DNA from: Akkermansia muciniphila
GTDB lineage: Bacteria; Verrucomicrobiota; Verrucomicrobiia; Limisphaerales; SIAT01
Direction: 5' to 3'
DNA: 64,000 nt
Assembly: GCA_945900775.1 (NCBI GenBank)
Contig: CAMDJP010000008.1
Span: forward strand, 5,296-69,295
In this document: piece after piece, positions 35,001-42,594 of the stretch
Numbering within the stretch: the first letter of the stretch is position 1
Layout: each line of letters starts with the position of its first letter
Translations under genes and position numbers: made by a program
The notes under the pieces: model-generated
Database searches by the model: none
Told to the model about the DNA's origin: nothing
The model's input: the letters and a program-made list of their open reading frames with translations, nothing else

Positions 35001-35807
35001 GCCATCGACCTCACCACGGGAAAACAACTTTGGCGGCGCTACCTTCGCAGCTCCTCCCCTCCGGTAGCCAAAGGGGACGAATCTCGTTTGCTGCTTCTCG
35101 GCAACCTTTGGACGCCGAAACCCTCCCGTGTGACCCTCAACGCGCAGACCGGCCAGACCATCGCGGATTCCCCGGAAAAATCCGCATTACTACCCATGCT
35201 TTTCACCGTCCACGGCAACAGGGCCCCCGGCGTTTATCTCCTCCCTCCGGTGGGAGACCCAACGGTCTTCCAGCCACAGGCCGTCATTGCGGACCATGTC
35301 GGCGGGACTGGCGCTCCCTACTACCTCATCCGGCCCCGCGACGGCACTGACAAGACCCCCGAGGGCGTCTATCGCGCCGACGACCCATCCTACTTCTACA
35401 GAATCCCGAGCGCTGACGTCCTGTTCGATGGCGACTACGCCATCACCATGCAGGGCAAACTCGCGGTCACCGACCTCAAAGCCAAACGCCTCTTGCCGCT
35501 CCCTGCGACGGACGAAAAGGCGGCCATCAACCAACCGGGACTTCTCTGCCGCATCGGCCCCGATCGTTTGCTCAAAATCATCGGCAGAGGCGACGGGAAG
35601 AATCTCGTCTTCACCATTGATCTCCCGGGCGGGACAGTGACCGAGGGGGTCCTCGAAAATCCCGGTCAGGTCGAGGCATTCGCCAATGCGCACTACTTCA
35701 ACCCCGACGCCAACCCCCATCATGTCCGGCCGTTTCTTCCGACTTTCGACCGCGTTTTCCTGACCTACGACAACACCACCGTCACCGCCTGGGTCGCGGC
35801 TCCCTAG
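32034..35807 (+). CDS. Exported 1257-aa helical-solenoid + PQQ-like beta-propeller protein (paralog 1)
   Basis: The ATG at 32034 overlaps the HEAT gene stop (ATGA) and gives the signal-like MSARGHLLVLLSVLSGTLAALA. About 450 aa of helical/TPR-like sequence is followed by repeated BamB/PQQ-like blades (e.g. LIALDQRTGALAWEN, LAGLDVATGNARWHRSL, LQRLDARTGELIESRPW). A conserved C-terminal domain ends ...TAWVAAP. Confidence 0.8.
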   Translation: MSARGHLLVLLSVLSGTLAALAEPPPKDPRWEQAQKAYNEGFSDEGHRLLKALIADHPGDVDLAAACYEKIFDQEYRILPKHVPIKTQGQPMHSHWHATAHYTGVNSNMQIPPAVERILALERLGALSAHTAFLRTVGGACLEGGLNRRAYLELGQMLTRLRSENPRDPFWLIMEAHALSIMMRPEAGKLLNELRKRIDLDHTDDGLRSDWMVADALLSHGMAQPVMAKPAVPEGSPLPALAPVNPDDPEDPWRKVLDRSPKDIPGEVDRLIALATASRDLLMWVNTDGGGLLPTRALDLHLLSKPSAELEALRKLQETLVSPEAQAAARTEADILKLTRRYPWARSGQVLLLKIANEALWNARFESAWRSFHEVLLHTSDPALREAAQVGTWTAQGLSGGAAEVLAQPTAFEPAKTYPWMGRPTKGSEIRAALQAMVPPVPTVVAPALKDVRPHVVHLPPVSPWVINAHAEGGYSIDLQVAGKTLLATGRNLIAAYDAAKPGTPLWTHAQQFPSEKNNRSPFPGYYRGLIKDGAMITRLGQHELPNGLAAFSLATGDPLWTSLNAVANGFSGEYLNHAHPIPLGDPVQADGRLFYLQTTVTSGRADGRPVFSLVCFDPATAQPSWATPIIDSKVDVGNLQHNSSFTYGNAVTVHRGAVYSCSNVGHIARSDVRDGRVEWAHKYAYRGGDNGGRVGSSPVIAGSNVIFLPRNAERLIALDQRTGALAWENVMFRAFEVLGLWQDTLVVRGPNHLAGLDVATGNARWHRSLTQRAFNRGQLIADSVYLGQPDALQRLDARTGELIESRPWALQPERALSFTISGQDLYIATDQPREDPRQKVGQPPGPEVASSAQPLKLPLKRAWSLMRPGASLLLPPAGVNPGTAVLLGDGMIECLEVNERGGTRWRRFLDLKTNQLLVRFIGKNGEILMLMEQGESPDNPPRALGIDTKTGATLWQTTVPPWRDPPPSFCGTVMIFASHAHHLGGGAMAIDLTTGKQLWRRYLRSSSPPVAKGDESRLLLLGNLWTPKPSRVTLNAQTGQTIADSPEKSALLPMLFTVHGNRAPGVYLLPPVGDPTVFQPQAVIADHVGGTGAPYYLIRPRDGTDKTPEGVYRADDPSYFYRIPSADVLFDGDYAITMQGKLAVTDLKAKRLLPLPATDEKAAINQPGLLCRIGPDRLLKIIGRGDGKNLVFTIDLPGGTVTEGVLENPGQVEAFANAHYFNPDANPHHVRPFLPTFDRVFLTYDNTTVTAWVAAP

Positions 35808-35811
35808 CAGC

Positions 35812-38800
35812 ATGAAACGTCCGATCCTGATTCTCACCGCCCTTTTCCTCGGAGCGCTCGTTGCGTCTGCGGCCCCGCCCGCCGACGACCCCCGCTGGGC
35901 AGCCGCGCTCGAGGCTTACGCGAAGGGCCAGCGTGAAGTGGGGCACCGTCTCCTCTCCGCCCTTGCCGCGCAGCATCCCGGCGATCTCGACCTGGCCGCG
36001 GCGTGCTACGAGAAAATTCTCAAGAACGTAAATCTCCCCTCCCCGAAAGCTCCAACGACCACCGACAACCCCTGGATTACCTTCGCCACGGAACGCCTGC
36101 TCGCCCTCGAACGCCTCGGCGCCCACTCTGCGAACACAGATCTCATCCGTTCCGCCGCCTCCGTCGAGAGTCGGCTCGCTGTCGCCAGGAGTCGTTTCCT
36201 TGATGCGTTCGAGACAATCTCCCGGCTGCGCGCCGAAAATGACCATGACCTTTTCTGGCGCATGACGGAGGTCATCATCCTCCGCAGTATGGGGCTGCCC
36301 GAAGCCGACGCACTAATCGCCGAACTCAAGCAGGACTACGATCCCGACCATTCCGACCCCGACAAGCGCGCCCAGTGGGAATGGATCGCCGCGGAAATCA
36401 CCACGCCTCACAGTCCTCCACTAGTCGCCCGTCCGGCGTGGACTCGGCAGCTCGTGCGCCTGCCCGTCGCCAAACCTGCTCCTCCCGAAGGCAGTCCGAT
36501 CAGCCTGCTTTCACCCGACGATCCTGATGACCGCTGGCGCGTCGTCACCGATCCCTCTCCAAGAGGAGGTGCCGGCGCCGTGGATCGCTTCCTCGGCTAC
36601 ACCTACGCCCTCGCCGAGGGCGTGCCGTGGCGTGCCGGTCCCGGTTTGCTCGATTCCAACCGGGCGCTCAACCTGCACCTGCTCAGCAAACCTGCCGCCG
36701 AACTCGAAGCCCTGCGCCAAGAGCAGGAAGCGCAATTCGTCCGTGAAGCACAGACCGCAGCCCGCACCGAGACGGGCGTCCTAAAAGTAACCCGGCGCTA
36801 CCCGTGGTCGCGATCGGCCCAGACGCTCCTGCTGAAGTTCGCCAGCGAGGCACTCTGGGACGGCCGCTTCGAATCCGCCTGGCGCAGCTTTCACGATGTG
36901 CTCCTCTACGCCTCTGATCCCGCGCTCCGCGAGGCCGCCCAGATCGGCATTTGGACTGCCCGCGCCCTCTCCGGCGGAGCGGCGGAAGTGCTCGCGCAAC
37001 CCGCCGCCTTCGAGCCCGGCAAGACCTACCCGTGGATGGGGCGGCCGACCAAAGGCGCAGAAATTCGCGCCGCGCTCCAGGCCACACTTCGGTCCGTGCC
37101 GCCGGTCGCAGCGCCGTCGCTCAGCGCTGTTCGCCCGCATGTCCTGAACCTTCCGCCGGTGGCTCCGTGGCCGTCGGGTGAGTCTTCGGCGGGCTTTGGC
37201 GTCGATCTCCAAGTGGCCGGCAACAGAGTCGTGGCCAGCGCGCGCAATGTTATCGCCGCCTACGACGTCGCCAAACCCGGCGCCCCGTTGTGGGTCCATT
37301 TACGGCACCGCGCCGCCGCCAACCCCCAGAACTACTGGTCAGGCTACTACCGCTGCCTCATCGAGGACGGCACGCTTTTCTCACGCTGGAGCGTGACCGA
37401 ACTGCCCAGCGGTCTGGCCGCCTTTGATCTCGCCAGCGGCGATCCGCTTTGGACTGCTCTAAGTGAAAACCCGTGGAACGATCGTCGCGGAGTGCAGACT
37501 CCGGGTTCCAACGCTCGAAAAAGGCAGCCGCTGCGTTTCTCGGTGCCCATGGGCGACCCGGTTCGAGCGGATGGCCTTCTCTTTTACCTGCAATGGGATT
37601 CCGCGCATGATCTCCACGCCAAACAAGGCACACACCTGAACCTCGTTTGTTTCGACCCGGGCACCGGTCAACCTCGCTGGACGACCTCGCTCACCGATCA
37701 CCGATTTGCGGGAGATTTCCGCGGGCCCACCACCGCCATCTACGGCAACTCCGTCACGGTCCATCGCGGAGCGGTTTACAGTTGCAACAACTCCGGCCAG
37801 ATCTTCCGCTCCGACGTGCGTGACGGCCGCATCGAATGGGCCCATAACTATCGCCGCCACCCCACGAGCGCGGAGTTTCTCGGCAGCGCCCCCATCGTCG
37901 CCGGCAGCAGTGTCATCTTTCTGCCCCGCGATTCGGGAGTCGCCGTCGCGCTTGATCAGCGCACCGGCTTTCTCGTCTGGGAAAATCCCTTGATCCGCGG
38001 CGCCGAGGCCCTCGGCATTTGGCAGAACACCCTCGTGGTACGCGGTGTCGCCATTCTCGCTGGGCTTGATCTCGCGACGGGCAAGACTCGCTGGTCCCGG
38101 AATCTGACGGGGCGCACCCTCGACCGCTCCCAGCTCATCGCGGACTCCATCTACCTCGGCGGAGGCGATGCCCTCGTGCGGTTCGACGCCCGCACCGGCG
38201 AACTGCTCGAAAGCCGCCCTTGGGCGCTCCAATCGGAACGGGCCCTCACTTTCACTTTCTCCGGTCAGGATCTTTACATCGTAACGGACCGGCCCGCCGA
38301 CGACCCTCGCCAAAAAGTGGGCCAGCCCCTCGGACCAGAACTGGCCTCGGCTGCAGCCCCGCTCAAGCTGCCCATGCAGCGTGCGTGGTCGCTCTCGCGT
38401 CCCGACGCCACTTTCGCGCTGCCGCCCGCGGGCGTCAGCGCTGGCAGCGCCTACGTCTTCAGCGACGGTCTCATCGAGTGCCTCGATGTGAACCAGCGCG
38501 GCACCATCCGCTGGCGCCGCTTCCTCAATCTCACCAGCCCCACTTTGTTCTTCGCCGGCGACACGCTCATCCTGCGCGAAAGAGAAGTCCAACATCTCCC
38601 GTCCGCCCGCGTGCTCGCCCTCGATTCCAAGACCGGAGTGACGCTCTGGGAAGCGCCCGTGCCCATCAACCACCAGCACGCTTTCCACTTCGGCAGCCGC
38701 ATACTTTTCCACGACGGACGCGAAAAATTCGTCGCCCTCGACCTCGCCAGCGGTCAGCGGGCCTGGCAAACCACGCTGGTCACGGCGAATACCCAGAATC

Positions 38801-40038
38801 CGCACTGGGACGGCACGCGCCTGCATCTTTTCCGCGCTCCCGCCACGGGCAATCTCGAGCACTTTACCCTCGACCCTGCCACGGGCGACACGGTCGCGCA
38901 TCGAGAGGTTGACGCGAAGCCGCCAGGTGAACCTGCCACAGCCATTCGCCAGCTTGAAGACGGCACCTACGAAATCCGTTTCGCACCCACCTCGGCCCGG
39001 CATTTTCGCGTGACCACGCTCTCCAGCTCCGGCGGTGTGGGTGACTATGCTTCTGCTGCGGAGTTTTATCTGCTCGGCCCAGATGGTCAGCGCCTGCCGC
39101 GCGACCGGTGGATCGCGACCGGCGATCACGAACCCAACGCCGGCAACAGAGCGCAGCCCCGAAATGCTATTGATGGAAATCCGAATTCATGGTGGCACTC
39201 CCAGTGGATGAGTGGCCAGACGCCGCACCCGCACTACTTCATCATCGACCTCGGCGTCGCCCAGACCATTAGCGGTTTTCAATACCTGCCGGCGAAGATT
39301 ATCAACAACAACGGGCTGATCGCCGATTACGAACTCCACGTGAGCCAGAACAACAAGGCATGGGGCGCGCCGGTATCGAAGGGATGTTTTTCCGAGAACG
39401 TCAGGGTCAGGACTTCCGAGATTGCGACTTCCGTCCCCGCCTTCTTCGAGGTGCGCCGCCAGTTGCGAGGGGGACTCCAGTCCATCTATCGCTACGACCT
39501 CGCGGGCAAGGGCAGCCTCGTGAACGAAATCGGCAGCATCCTGCGCGTAGCCGAGCCTTACAGTCTCATTGGCGGCCGCCAAAAAATCGACAGCCCGGAT
39601 ATGCTGACCTTCCGTCGCGCCGACGACCCTTCCTACGTTTTCCCGTTCCCGCTCCCGAACGACCGGGTAGGCCACCTCCAATTCGACGGCGACTACGCCA
39701 TTACCCAGCAGGGCAAACTCGAAATCATCGACTTGAAATCGAAACGCCAACTGCCACTCCCCACCGACGAAAAAGCGCTCATCCACCAGGCGGGATTCCT
39801 TTGTCGCATCGGCCCCGATCGTTTACTCAAAATCGTCAACCGCGACGGGAAGCATTTCGCCGTCACCATCGACCTCAAGAGCGGGACAGTCACCGAGGGC
39901 ATTCTCGAGAATCAGGGCGAGCCAATCACCATGAGCCGCTTTCTCCAGCCCGGCGGCAAATCCCGCTATCTCACCTTCGACCGCACCTTCCTCTCCTACG
40001 ACAACACCACGCTCACCGCTTGGGTCACCGCGCCATAG
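35812..40038 (+). CDS. Exported 1408-aa helical-solenoid + PQQ-like beta-propeller protein with inserted F5/8 type C (discoidin) domain (paralog 2)
   Basis: Signal-like MKRPILILTALFLGALVASAA. It is collinear with paralog 1, with long stretches of high amino-acid identity. The extra segment ...YEIRFAPTSARHFRVTTLSS...AIDGNPNSWWHSQW...PHYFIIDLGVAQTISGFQYLP...IADYELHVSQNNKAWG is a discoidin-type domain. The protein ends ...TAWVTAP. Confidence 0.85.
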   Translation: MKRPILILTALFLGALVASAAPPADDPRWAAALEAYAKGQREVGHRLLSALAAQHPGDLDLAAACYEKILKNVNLPSPKAPTTTDNPWITFATERLLALERLGAHSANTDLIRSAASVESRLAVARSRFLDAFETISRLRAENDHDLFWRMTEVIILRSMGLPEADALIAELKQDYDPDHSDPDKRAQWEWIAAEITTPHSPPLVARPAWTRQLVRLPVAKPAPPEGSPISLLSPDDPDDRWRVVTDPSPRGGAGAVDRFLGYTYALAEGVPWRAGPGLLDSNRALNLHLLSKPAAELEALRQEQEAQFVREAQTAARTETGVLKVTRRYPWSRSAQTLLLKFASEALWDGRFESAWRSFHDVLLYASDPALREAAQIGIWTARALSGGAAEVLAQPAAFEPGKTYPWMGRPTKGAEIRAALQATLRSVPPVAAPSLSAVRPHVLNLPPVAPWPSGESSAGFGVDLQVAGNRVVASARNVIAAYDVAKPGAPLWVHLRHRAAANPQNYWSGYYRCLIEDGTLFSRWSVTELPSGLAAFDLASGDPLWTALSENPWNDRRGVQTPGSNARKRQPLRFSVPMGDPVRADGLLFYLQWDSAHDLHAKQGTHLNLVCFDPGTGQPRWTTSLTDHRFAGDFRGPTTAIYGNSVTVHRGAVYSCNNSGQIFRSDVRDGRIEWAHNYRRHPTSAEFLGSAPIVAGSSVIFLPRDSGVAVALDQRTGFLVWENPLIRGAEALGIWQNTLVVRGVAILAGLDLATGKTRWSRNLTGRTLDRSQLIADSIYLGGGDALVRFDARTGELLESRPWALQSERALTFTFSGQDLYIVTDRPADDPRQKVGQPLGPELASAAAPLKLPMQRAWSLSRPDATFALPPAGVSAGSAYVFSDGLIECLDVNQRGTIRWRRFLNLTSPTLFFAGDTLILREREVQHLPSARVLALDSKTGVTLWEAPVPINHQHAFHFGSRILFHDGREKFVALDLASGQRAWQTTLVTANTQNPHWDGTRLHLFRAPATGNLEHFTLDPATGDTVAHREVDAKPPGEPATAIRQLEDGTYEIRFAPTSARHFRVTTLSSSGGVGDYASAAEFYLLGPDGQRLPRDRWIATGDHEPNAGNRAQPRNAIDGNPNSWWHSQWMSGQTPHPHYFIIDLGVAQTISGFQYLPAKIINNNGLIADYELHVSQNNKAWGAPVSKGCFSENVRVRTSEIATSVPAFFEVRRQLRGGLQSIYRYDLAGKGSLVNEIGSILRVAEPYSLIGGRQKIDSPDMLTFRRADDPSYVFPFPLPNDRVGHLQFDGDYAITQQGKLEIIDLKSKRQLPLPTDEKALIHQAGFLCRIGPDRLLKIVNRDGKHFAVTIDLKSGTVTEGILENQGEPITMSRFLQPGGKSRYLTFDRTFLSYDNTTLTAWVTAP

Positions 40039-40053
40039 AGTTGGAGAGAAACA

Positions 40054-40073
40054 CAACAATTGGAAAATTGTTG
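40054..40073 (+). terminator. Candidate hairpin after the last gene of the 23-kb operon
   Basis: CAACAATT-GGAA-AATTGTTG is a perfect 8-bp stem with a 4-nt loop, lying 16 nt after the stop at 40038. The stem is AT-rich with no clear U-tract, so this is only a weak terminator candidate. Confidence 0.3.
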
Positions 40074-40347
40074 AACCCGGTAATGAATCCGCTCTAGGGG
40101 CGTCCCCGCCAGCGCGCCCGACGGCACGGCTCGCAAGACCGCCCTAGCGGAGTTGGCCGCGATGCAGCCACGACCCTCGCAGGCGAGCCAAGTCGAGCAG
40201 GTACCCGAGAAGAGTCTCGCCTACAAATTGGCTAAGAAATGGTTCTTCCGCGACTTCGGCCCGTACGACCGGCTGAAGAACTGATAGGAATTTGCTTTCT
40301 GGACGCTCTGCGGCTTAGACGCGGGATTGCGGCGCAAGCCGTCCGGT

Positions 40348-40647
40348 TCAGGGTCTCTTCGCATCGAGAACGGTCTGCTTGATCTCCGCGATCTTCCGCA
40401 CCGACAACCAGCCGCGCAACAGGTAGCCGCTGCTCTTCAGGTTCTCATCGGTTAGGGCGGACGCTGGTGTCCTCCCCTGGACGGTACCCGCCAAGCAATG
40501 GCTTGGCAGCGTCTGACAGTCGCTCCTCGAAATTTAGCGGCAATTGGCCTTCAACTGGTTCGTGATGGCTGCTCGCTCATGCGCAACTGTTGCATTTTTG
40601 GAAAGAACAATCGTACCAATAAAGCCGTAAGTATTTAATTTAGACAT
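40348..40647 (-). pseudogene. Degraded ~100-codon ORF with in-frame TAA, unknown family
   Basis: Hand translation gives MSKLNTYGFIGTIVLSKNATVAHERAAITNQLKANCR, then a stop (TAA, 40536-40534), then ISRSDCQTLPSHCLAGTVQGRTPASALTDENLKSSGYLLRGWLSVRKIAEIKQTVLDAKRP and a final stop. Both halves are in the same frame. It lies in the only long, lower-GC non-coding gap of the window. Confidence 0.2.
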
Positions 40648-40877
40648 GAATACAGCTGTCGAGATTTGAGCCGACGACCGACGGTTTACAAACCAATCGC
40701 GCTGCATTTTTTATAAGACCCACCTGCGAAGTGTGAGCTCGTTCCTTGCAGTCAACCCAGGCCCATTTTCGATGTCCTCAAAACGTCCATTTCTAGCTCT
40801 GGCGAAGACCTTTCCCCTTGCATCAGGGCGTCATCCCGCTTGACCGCCTCGCGCTGGATTGCGAAGGTTTAAGGATC

Positions 40878-42137
40878 ATGAAAGCTATTCTGTTGCTCGT
40901 CGCCCTCGTCTTTACATTCGCTGCCCAAGCCCAGACCGCTCACTCGTGGAAGAAACTCCAGCTCAGTACCGAATTCTGGAGCGAAGGCGCGCACATCGGC
41001 GACTTCAACAAAGACGGCAAGATGGACGTGGCCAGCGGCCCGTACTGGTACGCTGGGCCGGACTTCAAGGCGAAGTACGAGATTTACCCCGCGACGAAAC
41101 GCTCCAAGAGCACCAAGAACGGCCAGCCCGTGGAGTTCGCCGGTTTCAAGGGCGCGCTCGGCAGCGAGAACGATTACTCCGACAACTTCATCTCCTACAC
41201 GCACGACTTCAACAACGACGGCTGGACCGACTACCTCGTCAACAGTTTCCCGGGCAAGGAGACTTTCTGGTACGAGAACCCGCAGAACAAGACCGGCCAC
41301 TGGAAACGTCACGTCGCCGCCGATGTCACCGACAACGAATCGCCCATGTTCGCCGACATCACCGGTGACGGAAAGCCCGAGCTCATCTTCCACACCGGCG
41401 GGCACCTCGGCTACGCCACGCCTGACCCGAAGGCCCCGACTGCTAAATGGACCTTCCACAAAATCTCTGCCAAAGGCCCCTGGCAACGGTTCACCCACGG
41501 CATCGGCATCGGCGATGTGAACGGTGACGGCAAGTCCGATTTCCTGATGAAAGAAGGTTGGTGGGAACAGCCCGCCTCCCTCACCGACACGCTCGAGTGG
41601 ATTTTCCATCCCACACCCTTTGGCGCCGGTGGCGCGCAGATGTACACGTACGACGTCAACGCCGACGGTCGCCCCGACGTCATCACCAGCCTCGTCGCCC
41701 ACGGCTACGGCCTCGCATGGTTTGAGCAACTCGCCGAGAAAGATGAAAAAGGGCATCCCAAGTTCAAACAGCACACCATCACGGGCAGCAAGCCCGAGGA
41801 GAACAAGTACGGTGTTAAATTCTCACAAATCCACGCCATCGACCTCGTGGACATGGACGGCGACGGTCTCAAAGACATCGTCACTGGCAAACGTTTCTGG
41901 GCCCACGGCCCCACCGGCGATGCCGAGCCCAACGCGGCCGCCGTCGTCTATTGGTTTCGCCTCACCCGCACCGCCGGCAAAGGCGTGGACTGGGTCCCGC
42001 AACGGATTGATGATGACTCCGGCATCGGCACCCAAGTGCTCGCCGCTGACGTCAACGGCGACAAACTTCCCGACGTCATCGTCGGCAACAAGAAGGGCAC
42101 CTTCGTCCACATCCACGTCCTCGGCAAAGCCGACTAA
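40878..42137 (+). CDS. Secreted FG-GAP/VCBS repeat (seven-bladed propeller) protein
   Basis: The ATG at 40878 is preceded by AAGGA and gives the signal peptide MKAILLLVALVFTFAAQAQ. Seven Ca-binding-type FG-GAP loops are present: DFNKDGKMDV, DFNNDGWTDY, DITGDGKPEL, DVNGDGKSDF, DVNADGRPDV, DMDGDGLKDI, DVNGDKLPDV. Confidence 0.85.
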   Translation: MKAILLLVALVFTFAAQAQTAHSWKKLQLSTEFWSEGAHIGDFNKDGKMDVASGPYWYAGPDFKAKYEIYPATKRSKSTKNGQPVEFAGFKGALGSENDYSDNFISYTHDFNNDGWTDYLVNSFPGKETFWYENPQNKTGHWKRHVAADVTDNESPMFADITGDGKPELIFHTGGHLGYATPDPKAPTAKWTFHKISAKGPWQRFTHGIGIGDVNGDGKSDFLMKEGWWEQPASLTDTLEWIFHPTPFGAGGAQMYTYDVNADGRPDVITSLVAHGYGLAWFEQLAEKDEKGHPKFKQHTITGSKPEENKYGVKFSQIHAIDLVDMDGDGLKDIVTGKRFWAHGPTGDAEPNAAAVVYWFRLTRTAGKGVDWVPQRIDDDSGIGTQVLAADVNGDKLPDVIVGNKKGTFVHIHVLGKAD

Positions 42138-42249
42138 GCCTTGCGGTGGGCGTTCTTGGCTCAGCGCAGTTGAGCTTGCTGTGCAGTCGCTGTGGAAGTG
42201 GGGCACGTCTGTGATTCACCACTTGACCCCGTAACGGTGAACCCGCCAA

Positions 42250-42594
42250 ATGCTGCGGATGTCGGTGTTGCACGTATTCAGATTTGTCGGGTTGCTTTTG
42301 GTGTCCCTAACGACTCTAGCGGTTACGGCTGCCGAGGCATCTAAGGAGTTTCTGCCCGTTGGTCCGGCTCTATCTCGCCAGTACCTGACTGCGGCCGAGC
42401 GCACGCCCATCGTGAAAGCGCTTCTTGCACACGCCGAGGACGCCGCCGACCACAACTTGCGGCTGATGTATTGGTTCGCTGCTGAACCCATCGTTGCCGC
42501 TGCGCCGGCCAAAGTTCCGTTGCTGTTGGCCAAAACGAAAATCCCACTCCTGCGCGAATACATCACCCGCGGCATGACCGCCGGCATGAAATGA
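42250..42594 (+). CDS. Small secreted protein resembling the segment that precedes the HEAT region in PVC-type heme-binding proteins
   Basis: 114 aa with signal-like VFRFVGLLLVSLTTLAVTAAEA. The motif DHNLRLMYWFAAEPIV...KIPLLREYITRG recalls the xNLPLMxWYxxEP segment of that family (from memory). The stop overlaps the next ATG (ATGA, 42591-42594). Confidence 0.5.
   Translation: MLRMSVLHVFRFVGLLLVSLTTLAVTAAEASKEFLPVGPALSRQYLTAAERTPIVKALLAHAEDAADHNLRLMYWFAAEPIVAAAPAKVPLLLAKTKIPLLREYITRGMTAGMK

Noticed and set aside
37459-39129. A 556-aa antisense ORF inside paralog 2. Similar long antisense or alternative-frame ORFs occur at 9597-10820, 17990-19300, 26265-27185, 27230-28180, 34020-35027, 40869-41774, 47461-48255, 47924-48946, 58547-60037 and 61304-62491.
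   Set aside because: All overlap strongly supported genes (pyrG, prolyl endopeptidase, mlaE, FG-GAP and others). Their composition is what stop-codon-poor reverse frames produce in a high-GC genome. No domain motifs were seen.
40087-40284. A plus-strand open frame ending ...MQPRPSQASQVEQVPEKSLAYKLAKKWFFRDFGPYDRLKN just after the operon.
   Set aside because: From its only ATG it is just 40 codons. It has no recognisable motif, no obvious ribosome-binding site and no coupling to neighbours. It may be part of the same decayed region but is not supportable as a gene.
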